A stretch of 64,000 bases of DNA. Source: an uncultured Gemmatimonadales bacterium. GTDB taxonomy: Bacteria > Gemmatimonadota > Gemmatimonadetes > Longimicrobiales > RSA9. Of this stretch, positions 33,364 to 43,371 are shown one piece after another. The stretch is taken from assembly GCA_963741945.1 (NCBI GenBank), contig CAVUKA010000008.1:96001-160000 (forward strand), read 5' to 3'. Numbering within the stretch: the stretch's first letter is position 1; each line of letters begins with the position of its first letter. Position numbers and translations under genes: made by a program. The notes beneath the pieces are model-generated. The model saw only the letters and a list, made by a program, of their open reading frames with translations. It ran no database searches and was not told where the DNA came from.

Positions 33364-34134
33364 TCAGCTTCCGATCGTGTCCGTGCCGGTTCGGTTGGCG
33401 GCGGCGGGAGGCGCGGATTCGGCGGCGTTCACGGTGGTGGCGCCGGCGCGGGCCTGCGCCCGTGCCTCGGCGAGCCACATGACATAATAGTCGCGTCCGT
33501 TCTCGCCGGGTTTGAACGTGTCCAGAATCTGCTCGTAGTACGGCACCGCGTCGGCCGGGTCGCCGTTCTGCATGCGGACGCGGGCGGCATCGGCCAGGGC
33601 TTCGCGCTTCTGGAAGGTGAAGCGGGCGTGGTCGGCGATGCGGACGTATTCGGCCACGGCCTGATCGGTCTGGCCCATGCGCTCATAGGCGGCGGCCCGG
33701 AGGCGGGCGGCGGCGAGGCCGAGTGGGTCGTCGAGCTTCTGCCCCAGATTGCCGAGGGTGGCCACGGCCTGCTGGGTGGAGTCCTGGCTGATGAGCAGGT
33801 CGGCGAGCACGAGACGGGCCTCGTGGGCCGATTCCGTTCCTCCGAACGTGTCGAGGTAGGTTCGCAGATCGCGGATCGCGAGCTGGGTGTTGCCGCTGGC
33901 CACGGACTGCTGGACTTCGGTCAGCCGGGTGGCGGCCTCCGCTTCGACGCGGCGCTGCGATGTGATCCAGTAGAAGGCTATGACCGCGAGCACTGCCACG
34001 ACCACACCGATGATGACCAGGACGCGGGCATTGCTGGTGGCCCAGGCACTGGCCTTCTGGATTGCCGTGACGAACGCGTCGTCGGGCCGTTTCTCCTCCC
34101 GGTGGACCCGGGACGACGTCGGATGTTTCGCCAT
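33364..34134 (-). CDS. YfgM-like membrane-anchored TPR protein
   Basis: Basic N-tail, D.F motif, single TM helix, TPR-like helices. Confidence 0.75.
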   Translation of the reverse strand: MAKHPTSSRVHREEKRPDDAFVTAIQKASAWATSNARVLVIIGVVVAVLAVIAFYWITSQRRVEAEAATRLTEVQQSVASGNTQLAIRDLRTYLDTFGGTESAHEARLVLADLLISQDSTQQAVATLGNLGQKLDDPLGLAAARLRAAAYERMGQTDQAVAEYVRIADHARFTFQKREALADAARVRMQNGDPADAVPYYEQILDTFKPGENGRDYYVMWLAEARAQARAGATTVNAAESAPPAAANRTGTDTIGS

Positions 34135-34196
34135 TTCCTAAGTGTAGAACCGAGTGCGCCGCGACGCACGCGCGCGGCAGTCGTAATGAGCCGTGA

Positions 34197-34225
34197 AAGC
34201 TATTCAACACCCGGGGCCGCGTCAA
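34197..34225 (-). promoter_or_regulatory. Putative sigma70 promoter of the yfgM-like gene
   Basis: Minus strand TTGACG-N17-TAGCTT. Confidence 0.5.
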
Positions 34226-34369
34226 CGTCGTGCGGTTGCGCGGTTTAGCGGCGTGCGAGGGCGGCGCTCCAGCCACTCCGCTCCCCTGCCCCGCGGCTGT
34301 CTCTGGCGCAGCGCTTGCGTTGCGCGGAGCCCGAGCGCGGCAGGTTCCCGACACGGCAAAGGACGGTGG

Positions 34370-36529
34370 ATGCAAAGGAGCGCGGCACGGCGGCTGGTGC
34401 GGCTGGTGCTGCTCGGCCTCGGGCTGGGGGGTGCCGCCGGATGCGCCCGCCCCCGCGTCGCCCAGGTCTACCCGCAGGTCCTGGAGTACCGGGGGCGAGA
34501 GATCGGACAGATCACGTGGGAGAACACGGCGCCGTTCAGCACCGACTCGCTGGCGACGCTGACGGAGACGCAGGCCACGAACTGTAGCCTCGGGTTCCTC
34601 CCCTTCTGCTTCCCCGGTACCGACTGGGGGCTCCACGTCCATCATCTCGATCTCTCGACGCTGGGGTCCGACCTGGCGCGCCTGTCCTTGCTCTACCGGC
34701 AGTCCGGGTATTTCGGTACCCGCGTCGTCCCGGTGATCGATGAACCCGGCGGCCATGACGCTCCCATCACCCTGCACTTCGTCGTCCACCGCGCCAATGG
34801 TGTTGTGCTCGATTCGGTGATCGTGGATGGAACCCAGGGGATCGCTGACCCCGATTCGCTCGCGCGCGTCGTCCCCCTCCAGCCCGGTCATCTCTTCGAT
34901 ATCGGGGACTTCGTGCGGTCCGCGGACACGATCGCGGCCATCCTCCGGACCCGTGGGCACCCGTATGCCGAAGTCCTGCAGAACTACTCCGTGGATACGG
35001 TGCAGGACCGCGCCACCGCTCAGCTCGTGGCGGTCCCCGGTCCCCGGGTGGTGGTGGATTCAATCCTCGTGTTCGGGAATGACGTGCTGGACCGCAACAC
35101 GATCCTGCGGCAGCTCACGTTCCATCAAGGCGACCTTCTCCGCCGTAGCGCGCTGACGACGAGTCAACGCAACCTGTACAATCTGGACATGGTCGGGCTG
35201 GCTGGAGTGGCCGTGGCTCCGGACTCGCTGCAGCGAACGCCGGAAGACAGCACGCAGGCCACGGTTTCCGTGCAGGTGACGGAAGCGGCGGAGCATGTGG
35301 TGAGCACGCTCGTGGGTTGGGGCACGCAGGATTGCGGGCGCGTGGAAGGCACGTGGACGGACCGGAGCTTCGCCGGCGGCGCGAGGCTGCTGCAGGTGTC
35401 GACCTCGGTGAGCCGGATCTGCACGACGGGCCGTGCACAGCAGGTGAATGTGGGGTCGGACCAGCGTCTGCCGTACGGGCAGACGCTGGACTATCATGCG
35501 GCGGTAGAGCTGCGCCAGCCGTACTTCCTGGCGCCCGCGAACAACGTGGTGGCAACGGTCTTCGCCGAGCGCCAGTCGGAAGCGCGGATCTTCCGTCGGG
35601 TGTCGCAGGGAGCGCGGCTGGTCTTTTCGCGCGACCTGGCGAGGAGGGAACTATTGAGCACGTCGCTGGATGTCGAGCGGCGTCGTACGGAAGCGGCGCC
35701 GGCGTTCTATTGTGCCGCGTTCGCGGTATGCACGCCGAGCGATCTGGCGGAGCTGGGAAGCGTCCGCTGGCGGAACGCGCTCTCCGGGAACTGGGTTCGG
35801 GACCATGGGAACCGGGTGGTGGACCCGACCGGGGGATACACACTGCGCAGCAGTCTGATGTGGGCGTCGCCGCTTCTCGCGTCGGACTACGACTTCCTGA
35901 GGGCGAACCTGGAAGGCGCGCTCTACCACGAGCTCCGCCCCGGCTGGGTGGCGGCGTTCTTCCTCCGGGGCGGGAGCTTTCTTACGCAGGCGAGCATCGG
36001 CTCCAACCGGTTCGTGCCCCCGGAGGAGCGCTTCTATACGGGAGGTGCGAACAGCGTCCGTGGGTACGCCCGCAACAACCTGGGGCCTGGAGTGTGGCTG
36101 TACACGGGGAGCCAGGACAGCCTCTCCGCCGCCGACGCGGCAGGTGATACGCTGAGCGTGGATTTCCTCCCCACCGGGGGAACGTCGGTGGCTGTGGGGA
36201 GTGCCGAGCTCCGCTTCCCTGCCCCGTTCATGCCGGAGCGCTTCGATCTTGCCACGTTCGTCGACGCGGGCGCGGTCGGGCTCGATCCGCTGTGGCGGGG
36301 CCTTTCCGGCTTGCGAGTGACGCCCGGTGTTGGCCTGCGTGTCCGGACGCCGGTGGGGCCAGTGCGGCTGGATGTGGCCTACAACCCGTACCCGAGCCCC
36401 AAGGCGCCGCTGTATGAGCAGCGTTTCGCCACCGGCGTGGTGAAACGGGTGACTGACGTCTATCAGCCTCCGCCGCCCTCGTTCTGGAGCCGGCTGCAGT
36501 TGCACATTGCCCTCGGGCAGGCGTTCTGA
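34370..36529 (+). CDS. Omp85 family TamA/BamA-like outer-membrane protein
   Basis: POTRA-like segments (YRQSGYF, RGHPYAEV), FYTGGANSVRGY, GVGLRVRTPVGPVRLD, terminal LGQAF; upstream of tamB. Confidence 0.88.
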   Translation: MQRSAARRLVRLVLLGLGLGGAAGCARPRVAQVYPQVLEYRGREIGQITWENTAPFSTDSLATLTETQATNCSLGFLPFCFPGTDWGLHVHHLDLSTLGSDLARLSLLYRQSGYFGTRVVPVIDEPGGHDAPITLHFVVHRANGVVLDSVIVDGTQGIADPDSLARVVPLQPGHLFDIGDFVRSADTIAAILRTRGHPYAEVLQNYSVDTVQDRATAQLVAVPGPRVVVDSILVFGNDVLDRNTILRQLTFHQGDLLRRSALTTSQRNLYNLDMVGLAGVAVAPDSLQRTPEDSTQATVSVQVTEAAEHVVSTLVGWGTQDCGRVEGTWTDRSFAGGARLLQVSTSVSRICTTGRAQQVNVGSDQRLPYGQTLDYHAAVELRQPYFLAPANNVVATVFAERQSEARIFRRVSQGARLVFSRDLARRELLSTSLDVERRRTEAAPAFYCAAFAVCTPSDLAELGSVRWRNALSGNWVRDHGNRVVDPTGGYTLRSSLMWASPLLASDYDFLRANLEGALYHELRPGWVAAFFLRGGSFLTQASIGSNRFVPPEERFYTGGANSVRGYARNNLGPGVWLYTGSQDSLSAADAAGDTLSVDFLPTGGTSVAVGSAELRFPAPFMPERFDLATFVDAGAVGLDPLWRGLSGLRVTPGVGLRVRTPVGPVRLDVAYNPYPSPKAPLYEQRFATGVVKRVTDVYQPPPPSFWSRLQLHIALGQAF

Positions 36530-39500
36530 TGGTCGAGCGGCTGAAGGGGACTCCGTGGATCAGCATTGCAGCGACGACGGCGATCCTCACCTCCCTGGGC
36601 ATGCTCTACTGGCTGCTCTGGGGAGGGCAGCCCTCGGGCACGGCGGAGGGACTGGCGAGCGGCACGATCGCCGGGTTCCAGTCGCACGTGGAGAGCCGAT
36701 TGGGGCACGTGCAGATCCAACCGGTTCAGACGTTGCGGATCCGGGGCGGCTCCATCGCCTGGAAGGACGGCTCGGGTCCCCCGTTCCTGCGGGTCAGCTC
36801 ACTCGCGTTCTCCGTCAGCGTTCCAGGCGCCACGAGCGGGGAGATCGTGGCATCGAACGGCGTCATCCGGAGCCCGGAGATCCACCTCATCAAGGCTGGC
36901 GGGAGCTGGAACTACGAGAAGATCCTGGCGCCGCTGCTCAATCGAGCCGGCGGGAGCGGGCCCGGTGCTGCCGTGACGCTGCGCGACTTCGCCGTCCAGA
37001 ACGGGGCCGTGACGCTGCGCATGCCGGGGGGCACCTACCGTGCCGACAGCCTGGTCGTGGCGCTCACGTCGGCACGGCTGGCCGGCCCGCAGGTCGAGCA
37101 TCCGGTGTTTCAGATCGAGCGCGCGGCCGCGCGGCTTATGCTCCCCGACAGCTCGGGAACGGTCGAGCGGCAGATCGCGATCCGGGACGCGCGCCTGGAG
37201 ATGGCGAATGGGGTCCAGTTCGATATCGGGCGGCTGCGCCTGGGCACATCCACGATGGCGAACGCCTCCGGCCGCTGGAGCCCTTCCCTCGGCGGCATCG
37301 GGCTACGCGCCGATATTGCGGTCACGAACCTCCAGCTGGCGGACATCCCGTGGCTGAAAACGGAGGTTCCGGAAGGGGCGCACGGCAGCGCGCATCTGGC
37401 CATTCGGCCGATCGGTGCGCAGCGCACGGCCATCGCGGTCACGGACCTGGATCTCAGCGCGCCCGGATCTCACGCCACCGGCTCGCTCCGGGCGGCGTTC
37501 GGCGCCGGCGGCCCGACTCTGGAGTCCGTGGACATGCGGGTGAGCCCGCTCAAACTATCGCTCGTGGAGGCGTTCACCGGGCCACTTCCCGTCGGCGGTG
37601 AGTTGCAGGGCCGGATTCACGGGACCGGTGAACAGGTGGCGTTCAACCTCCAGGGCCGCCTGGCACAGGGAGGGACCGGGGAGGCGTTCACGACCAACCT
37701 GACGGGAACGGCCAGTGTCGCGGGAGGGCAGGTTCAGCTGGGACAGCTCACGGCCGAGCTCAACCAGGTCCCGCTTTCGATGCTGCGACAGTTCGCCCCC
37801 GGGCTGCCCGTAGCCGGCGCCATGAGTGGCACGGTCACACTGAACGGCGCCCCCGGACAGGGGCCGCTCAACCTGGACGTGCGGCTGGAAGCGGGCGGCG
37901 GCGTGATCACGGTTGCGGGGATGGTGAACCTCCAGCAGCCCGTTCCGTCCTACGATCTGCACGGCCGTCTCGTCGGCGTGGAGATGCGGCAGCTCATCGC
38001 TCCGGCGGTGCCCGCGGTCCAGGTCCACGGCACCTTCCAGCTCTCCGGCACGGGGCTGCAGCCGGAGATCGCCGACGCCACGGTACAGGTCAACGGCGGC
38101 TTCACGGGATGGCGGAGTCAGCCGGGCGACACCCTCGCCCTGGTGGCGGAAGCGACGCACGGTCTGCTGCGGGCGCAAACGGCGCGCGTCGACCTGGGTC
38201 CGATAACACTGTCCGCCAGCGGCGAGTGGCGCTTCGCCAACGGAACCGGAGGCGCGCTGTCGTACGACGTCGCCATCGCCTCGCTCCAGCCGCTGGCACC
38301 CTACTTCCCCGCCGATTCCGCCGGTGTGCGCCCGTTCGTGACAGGCGACGTCAGCGCGCGAGGGACCATCACCGGGACGCTCCAGAAGCCAGCCGTGAAA
38401 GGGACGGTCCAAGCCCACGACCTCCGCTACGGCGCGTGGGCGGCGGGAGACCTGAGCGGCAGCTACGATGTCCGGACCGAAACCGCGCTCCCCGACGTGG
38501 TCGCCAAGCTGTCGGGCAAAGGCATTCGCACTCCTGGCGGCGGCTTCGAAGCGGTCGACCTGGATGTGGATTTCGCGGAACCCACTCTCGCCATCGTCCT
38601 GGACGCCACCCAGACCGGGGGCGGCGTCGTACAGTTCGAGGCGAACGGGCGCCTGGACGATACTGGCGCGCGGGAGATCCTGATCCGGAAAGCCGAGATG
38701 GACCTGCACGGCAACCGCTGGCGGCTGCCGGAGCCCGCCCGCATCGCCTGGCAGGAGGGCGAGGCCGTGCACGTGAACGACCTCCGGTTCCAGCAGGTGA
38801 AGGGGGACGGGATGGCACGTGTGGACGGCGTCCTCGCCCCGGCCGACCAGACGGACTTCAACGTGGAGATCCGGCAGCTTCCGATCGGCGAGATCCTGGC
38901 ACTGACCGGGTCCACGATACCGGTCCAGGGGGTGCTGAGCCTGGAAGGCTCCGTACAGGGTCCGACGCAGAGCCCCAGCGTTTCACTCCAGCTTCGGCTG
39001 GATGATGGGTCGGTGCGTGGGGTGACCGTGCGACAGATCACGGGCGATGTGGGCTACGGAGACGGTCGCGTGACGTTCCGTGCCACCGGCCTCCTCGGTG
39101 ACTCCGCGCGCATCGACGTGACGGCCGCGGCCGGCGCGGCCATGACGCTCGGCCTGCCGCCGTCCTTCAGCCTGGACCGGAGTGCGCCAGTCCAGGGCCA
39201 CCTGACGACGGAGCGCTTCCCGCTGGCGACGCTGGACCCCGGAGTCCGAACGATCACGAACATCGCCGGGCAGCTTTCTGCCGACATGCGCCTCGGCGGG
39301 ACCCCCACCGCTCCGGAGCTCGGTGGGTCGATGGAGATCCGCGATGGCGCCGCCACCGTGCCGCTCCTGGACCAGCGCTATGAGAACGTCGAGGGGACAG
39401 CGACACTGACCGGCCGCGTTGTGACGCTCCACGACATCTCCGTCTCCAGCGGCGGTACGGCCGTGGCCTCGGGGCGCGTCACCCTCGAGGAGCTCACGAA

Positions 39501-40590
39501 TCCGCAGCTGGACATCTCGGTGCAGCTGAACGGGTTCCAGCCGCAGGGCGTGAGCGGCGAGAACGATGCGGGCGCATGGGGATCTCTCGCCGTTCGGGGG
39601 TCCATGACCCGGCCGACCATCTCAGGGGACGTGACTCTCCGCGACGGCGCTCTCAGCCTCGCCCCCGTCGAGCAGGCCAGCTTCGGACAGGATCTCCTCG
39701 GGGCGACGCAGCAGTTCGACCTGCTCCAGGGGAACCTCACGATGGCCGAGCCCGCAACCCGCGGGTTCGGCATCGACAATCTCCACGTGACCGCCGGGAA
39801 CGATCTCTGGTTCGTGATGAAGGAAGGGCGTGCGCAGCTCGCCGGCACGCTCACGATCGACCGATCGGCTGGAGACTTCAGCATCCAGGGCCGCCTGACC
39901 GGAGACCAGGGAAGGTTCACGGTCAGCGCGGGCCCCGGCATCACGCGGCAGTTCCAGCTCGTCGACGCCACGGTCCGCTTCTATGGTGGCCCCGCGCCGA
40001 ACCCATCCCTGGACATCACGGCTTCGCGCACAGTGCGGACGGGGCCGAACACGCGCGTGGACGTGCGTATCCGGGTGACCGGCACCATCGACAACCTGAA
40101 GGTGAGCCTGGCATCGGCGAACGGCGGCGCCCTCCCCCAGTCGGAGCTGTTGTGCTTCCTGGCCGTGGGACGATCGTGCACCGAGGTGGCCAACGCCGGT
40201 GGCCAGTCGCTGTTCGGGGAGGCCGCGGCGTTGTACGGGATCACGGACGTGTTCGCGTCCCGCATCGGTCCGCAGCTGGGCTTGGACTACTTCGAGATCC
40301 AGAGCCGCCCCGGCGCCAGCCTGGACCAGCTCTACGTCGTGGCCGGCAAGGAGATCCCGTTCCTCCAGGACTTCTGGGTGAACGTCGAGTCGCCGGTCAG
40401 TGGGAACAACATCGCCGCGTACTCCACCGTTTCGCTGGAATGGCAGTTCAACCCGAGCGGAACGCTGGAAGCGAGCTACGCCCCGCCCGAAAGCCTGCGA
40501 AATGTGACGACCGGCCGCCCCGTGCCCAGCGAGTACCTGGTGTCCACACGGCAGCTCTTCATCGCGACGCGATGGCGCTGGACCTATTGA
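36529..40590 (+). CDS. tamB: TamB/AsmA-like translocation and assembly module protein
   Basis: N-terminal TM anchor, 1353 aa Gly-rich beta-taco repeats, C-terminal NPSLDITA..V.GT..P..E.L DUF490-like region. Confidence 0.82.
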   Translation: MVERLKGTPWISIAATTAILTSLGMLYWLLWGGQPSGTAEGLASGTIAGFQSHVESRLGHVQIQPVQTLRIRGGSIAWKDGSGPPFLRVSSLAFSVSVPGATSGEIVASNGVIRSPEIHLIKAGGSWNYEKILAPLLNRAGGSGPGAAVTLRDFAVQNGAVTLRMPGGTYRADSLVVALTSARLAGPQVEHPVFQIERAAARLMLPDSSGTVERQIAIRDARLEMANGVQFDIGRLRLGTSTMANASGRWSPSLGGIGLRADIAVTNLQLADIPWLKTEVPEGAHGSAHLAIRPIGAQRTAIAVTDLDLSAPGSHATGSLRAAFGAGGPTLESVDMRVSPLKLSLVEAFTGPLPVGGELQGRIHGTGEQVAFNLQGRLAQGGTGEAFTTNLTGTASVAGGQVQLGQLTAELNQVPLSMLRQFAPGLPVAGAMSGTVTLNGAPGQGPLNLDVRLEAGGGVITVAGMVNLQQPVPSYDLHGRLVGVEMRQLIAPAVPAVQVHGTFQLSGTGLQPEIADATVQVNGGFTGWRSQPGDTLALVAEATHGLLRAQTARVDLGPITLSASGEWRFANGTGGALSYDVAIASLQPLAPYFPADSAGVRPFVTGDVSARGTITGTLQKPAVKGTVQAHDLRYGAWAAGDLSGSYDVRTETALPDVVAKLSGKGIRTPGGGFEAVDLDVDFAEPTLAIVLDATQTGGGVVQFEANGRLDDTGAREILIRKAEMDLHGNRWRLPEPARIAWQEGEAVHVNDLRFQQVKGDGMARVDGVLAPADQTDFNVEIRQLPIGEILALTGSTIPVQGVLSLEGSVQGPTQSPSVSLQLRLDDGSVRGVTVRQITGDVGYGDGRVTFRATGLLGDSARIDVTAAAGAAMTLGLPPSFSLDRSAPVQGHLTTERFPLATLDPGVRTITNIAGQLSADMRLGGTPTAPELGGSMEIRDGAATVPLLDQRYENVEGTATLTGRVVTLHDISVSSGGTAVASGRVTLEELTNPQLDISVQLNGFQPQGVSGENDAGAWGSLAVRGSMTRPTISGDVTLRDGALSLAPVEQASFGQDLLGATQQFDLLQGNLTMAEPATRGFGIDNLHVTAGNDLWFVMKEGRAQLAGTLTIDRSAGDFSIQGRLTGDQGRFTVSAGPGITRQFQLVDATVRFYGGPAPNPSLDITASRTVRTGPNTRVDVRIRVTGTIDNLKVSLASANGGALPQSELLCFLAVGRSCTEVANAGGQSLFGEAAALYGITDVFASRIGPQLGLDYFEIQSRPGASLDQLYVVAGKEIPFLQDFWVNVESPVSGNNIAAYSTVSLEWQFNPSGTLEASYAPPESLRNVTTGRPVPSEYLVSTRQLFIATRWRWTY

Positions 40591-41563
40591 CGCATTCCAG
40601 TGCCGCGCGCGCCACGTGGCCTCGGACCTCCGCCACCGTGCGCGCCGACACCAGGCCGCGGGCGTCCCTGCCGCGACCATCGAGCCGCTCCCGCACCCAC
40701 GCTGGCGCTCCCGGCCACACCAGCACCGGGCCGTCGCCTTCCACCTGGAAGGTGGACGGGTCCGTCGGGCGGAGCACGCGCACACGCCCGGCAGGGCCTG
40801 CCAGGCCCCGGCGCAGCGCGCGCCGCAGCTCCAGCTCGAGGCCACGCGTCCCCACCACCACCGTCACCGGCTGCTGCTCCGCGTACCTCCGGAGATCCGC
40901 GAAGAGACCCGGCGAGAGCGTAAGTCGCACCACGCTCCGGCGGAGCCCCCGCGGAAGAAGCGCGGCGGCCAGAGGCGTCGCGATCACGAAGGGGGCTTCC
41001 CGGAATACGCCCGCGCCATCCCCCGCGCCTTCGGGCGAGCAGGGCCTCGCATCCACGTCCACGAGCGACCTGATCTCGTTGGCGAGCAGCGCCGCGTGGC
41101 CAGGATCTCCGTCCACGACCGGGATCGGCCGTTCCTGCACCACGGCCACACCCTGCAGCAGTCGCGACACGGAATCCGTGTCCAGCCCCAACTCGAACGC
41201 GCTGTTCAGTGTGGTTTCCAGCCACTGCCGGTGCAGGCTGCCCAGCGGATCCTGCGCTTCCGCCTGGCGCGGACCGCACAGGTACACGCCCGAACGCGCT
41301 TCCACCGCCACCAGTCCTTCTTTCGCCAGGCGACGATACGCGGCCGCAGCCGTTTTCCGGTCCACCTCCTCCATTGCCGCCACCTGCCGCACGCTCGGCA
41401 GCCGGTCGCCCGGCGCCCATGTGCCAAAGTACAACCCCACGAGGATTCGCTCCCGCAGGCGATCGAGCACGAGTGATCCGGCCTTGCGCACCAGAGCCCT
41501 CCTGTCCTCTTCTTGGAGTTTACCGCGTTCTTTGGACGACGGCGAAGGCAATCCGCGTTCCAC
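40559..41563 (-). CDS. GntR family transcriptional regulator
   Basis: LRERI...PGDRLPSVRQVA...TAAAAYRRLAKEGLV..RSG.Y winged HTH; true start may be an internal GTG (41491 or 41470). Confidence 0.8.
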   Translation of the reverse strand: MERGLPSPSSKERGKLQEEDRRALVRKAGSLVLDRLRERILVGLYFGTWAPGDRLPSVRQVAAMEEVDRKTAAAAYRRLAKEGLVAVEARSGVYLCGPRQAEAQDPLGSLHRQWLETTLNSAFELGLDTDSVSRLLQGVAVVQERPIPVVDGDPGHAALLANEIRSLVDVDARPCSPEGAGDGAGVFREAPFVIATPLAAALLPRGLRRSVVRLTLSPGLFADLRRYAEQQPVTVVVGTRGLELELRRALRRGLAGPAGRVRVLRPTDPSTFQVEGDGPVLVWPGAPAWVRERLDGRGRDARGLVSARTVAEVRGHVARAALECVNRSSAIASR

Positions 41564-41577
41564 GTCGACGTGATTCC

Positions 41578-43371
41578 GTGTTTGAAGCCACTCTTCTTGT
41601 GCTCTTTTCCGTGGCCGCCGGCCAGACGGCGCCGCAGGACTCCGTCCGCGCCCTGAAGCGGCACGCGGAGTCCGCCGCCTTCTACTACGAGTCGCTGCTC
41701 CGCCGGCTGGCGCCCGAGATGTACGGCCGCACCCACGAGGGCCGGTGCGATGAGGTCATCGGCCGCTTCTGCTTCACCTACGATGATCCGGACGTGCCGC
41801 CACCGGCCCCCGCCCCGCCCCCGGCGCCGGCCGTCCAGGCGCGCCTTGCGGCGCTGCGCGCGCACCGCCGCTGGTTCTCGGCCGATCCGGCGGATCCGGT
41901 GGCCGCGGGCCGGGTGATCGGGTACCTGGTGGATGATGACCGGCCCTCGGAGGCGGTGGCCACGGCCAGGACGCACGCCTGGGCGGCGAAGAATGCGCCC
42001 GAAAGCCTGATGCTGCTGGGGCTGGCGCTGCACGAGGCCGGGCAGTTCGCCGCAGCCGAGTCGGCATTCGACCGCGCGCTCGTCGCCATGCCCGACGAGG
42101 ACCGCGAAGCCCTCGATGACGTTTCCGTCCTGCTCGACGGGGACGAGCGGAAGGCGTACCGGCGTCTCGGTCCGGAGGAGCGGCGGCGGTACCTCGCCCG
42201 CTTCTGGGCATTCTCCGATCCGTCGCTTCTCGAGCCGGGAAACGAGCGGCGGTCCGCCCACTACGCCCGGCATGCCTGGGCCACGATCCTGTCGCGGACG
42301 CCGAAGGCCGCGGGTATGCAGAGCTGGGGATCGGACCAGGAAGAGATCCTGCTGAGATTCGGACGGCCAGTGCGCCGGGAACGGCAGCATCAATACGTGC
42401 GGAGCCTGGAGCCGAGGCTCTCGATGGTCGAGTGGTTCGATCCTCACATGGTGTCGTTCGTCCCGGAGCACCTGGCCACGGAGGGCATCCCGTTCCCCTA
42501 CCCGCCCGGGTGGCGCCCCGACCTGGAGCGCGACACCGCCCACTCCCAGTATGCGCCCGTCCGCCTGCACCGCATGCACGCGCTGTTGTTCCAGAGCGCG
42601 GTGCTGGCGGGCCCGTCCCCCGTGCTCCGCGTGGACGCACTGCTCCCTCCCGACACCTCCCGTCCGTTCCTCCCGGAGCGGCCGCGCGGGCTCCTCGCGA
42701 TCCTGGACACCATGGGAACGGAGATCGCCCGGATCGAAGCGGGTGTCAGGGTCGATTCGACGCTCGGCACGGTGCTCACCGGCGCCCTCCCCGTGGCGCC
42801 CGGGAGCTACATCGTGCGTGTGGAAGTGGCGGACGACTCCACCGGTCTCGGCGGGCTGGCGCAGTTCCGCGCGGACGTGCCGGCGAGGCGCGGCCTGTCG
42901 CTCTCCGACCTGCTCGTTTGCCGCCCGTTCCCGCCGGGAGAAGCGCCGGACGGCCGCGGCGACGACCTGCTCCGGCCGCTGCCCTCGCTGGTCATCCCTC
43001 CCGATCAGCCGGTGGGCCTGTATGTCGAGGTGGACGGCCTGCCCCGCGTGGCCGGAGAGGCACGCTACTCGGTGGCTTGGGAGGTCGAGTCCGTGGACGA
43101 GGCCGGCGCCATCGGACGGGCCGTGCGCTGGCTGGGACGGCGCCTCGGGCTGGCGCAGCGGGAGCGACCGGTGACGGTGGCGTGGGAGGACTCCTCCCCG
43201 GACGACCCCGTGGTGGTGGCGTTCACGCTCGATCTCTCCAGCTCACGGGAGGGGCTGAAGCGCGTGACCGTGGAAGTCACCGATGCCGTCAGCGGGGCGT
43301 CGGCGACGACGTCGCGGCTGGTGCGGATTCGGGCGGGGGCGCCGTGGGCACCCGGCCGAGACCATAGGTGA
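41578..43371 (+). CDS. GWxTD-domain-like secreted protein
   Basis: Signal peptide from GTG 41578, TPR-like helices, RFWAFSDP...NERRSAHYAR...SWGSDQEEILLRFGRP. Confidence 0.72.
   Translation: MFEATLLVLFSVAAGQTAPQDSVRALKRHAESAAFYYESLLRRLAPEMYGRTHEGRCDEVIGRFCFTYDDPDVPPPAPAPPPAPAVQARLAALRAHRRWFSADPADPVAAGRVIGYLVDDDRPSEAVATARTHAWAAKNAPESLMLLGLALHEAGQFAAAESAFDRALVAMPDEDREALDDVSVLLDGDERKAYRRLGPEERRRYLARFWAFSDPSLLEPGNERRSAHYARHAWATILSRTPKAAGMQSWGSDQEEILLRFGRPVRRERQHQYVRSLEPRLSMVEWFDPHMVSFVPEHLATEGIPFPYPPGWRPDLERDTAHSQYAPVRLHRMHALLFQSAVLAGPSPVLRVDALLPPDTSRPFLPERPRGLLAILDTMGTEIARIEAGVRVDSTLGTVLTGALPVAPGSYIVRVEVADDSTGLGGLAQFRADVPARRGLSLSDLLVCRPFPPGEAPDGRGDDLLRPLPSLVIPPDQPVGLYVEVDGLPRVAGEARYSVAWEVESVDEAGAIGRAVRWLGRRLGLAQRERPVTVAWEDSSPDDPVVVAFTLDLSSSREGLKRVTVEVTDAVSGASATTSRLVRIRAGAPWAPGRDHR

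Noticed and set aside
33026-33487. 153-aa + ORF spanning dif
   Set aside because: Crosses the dif site and the 3' end of the yfgM-like gene; no motifs.
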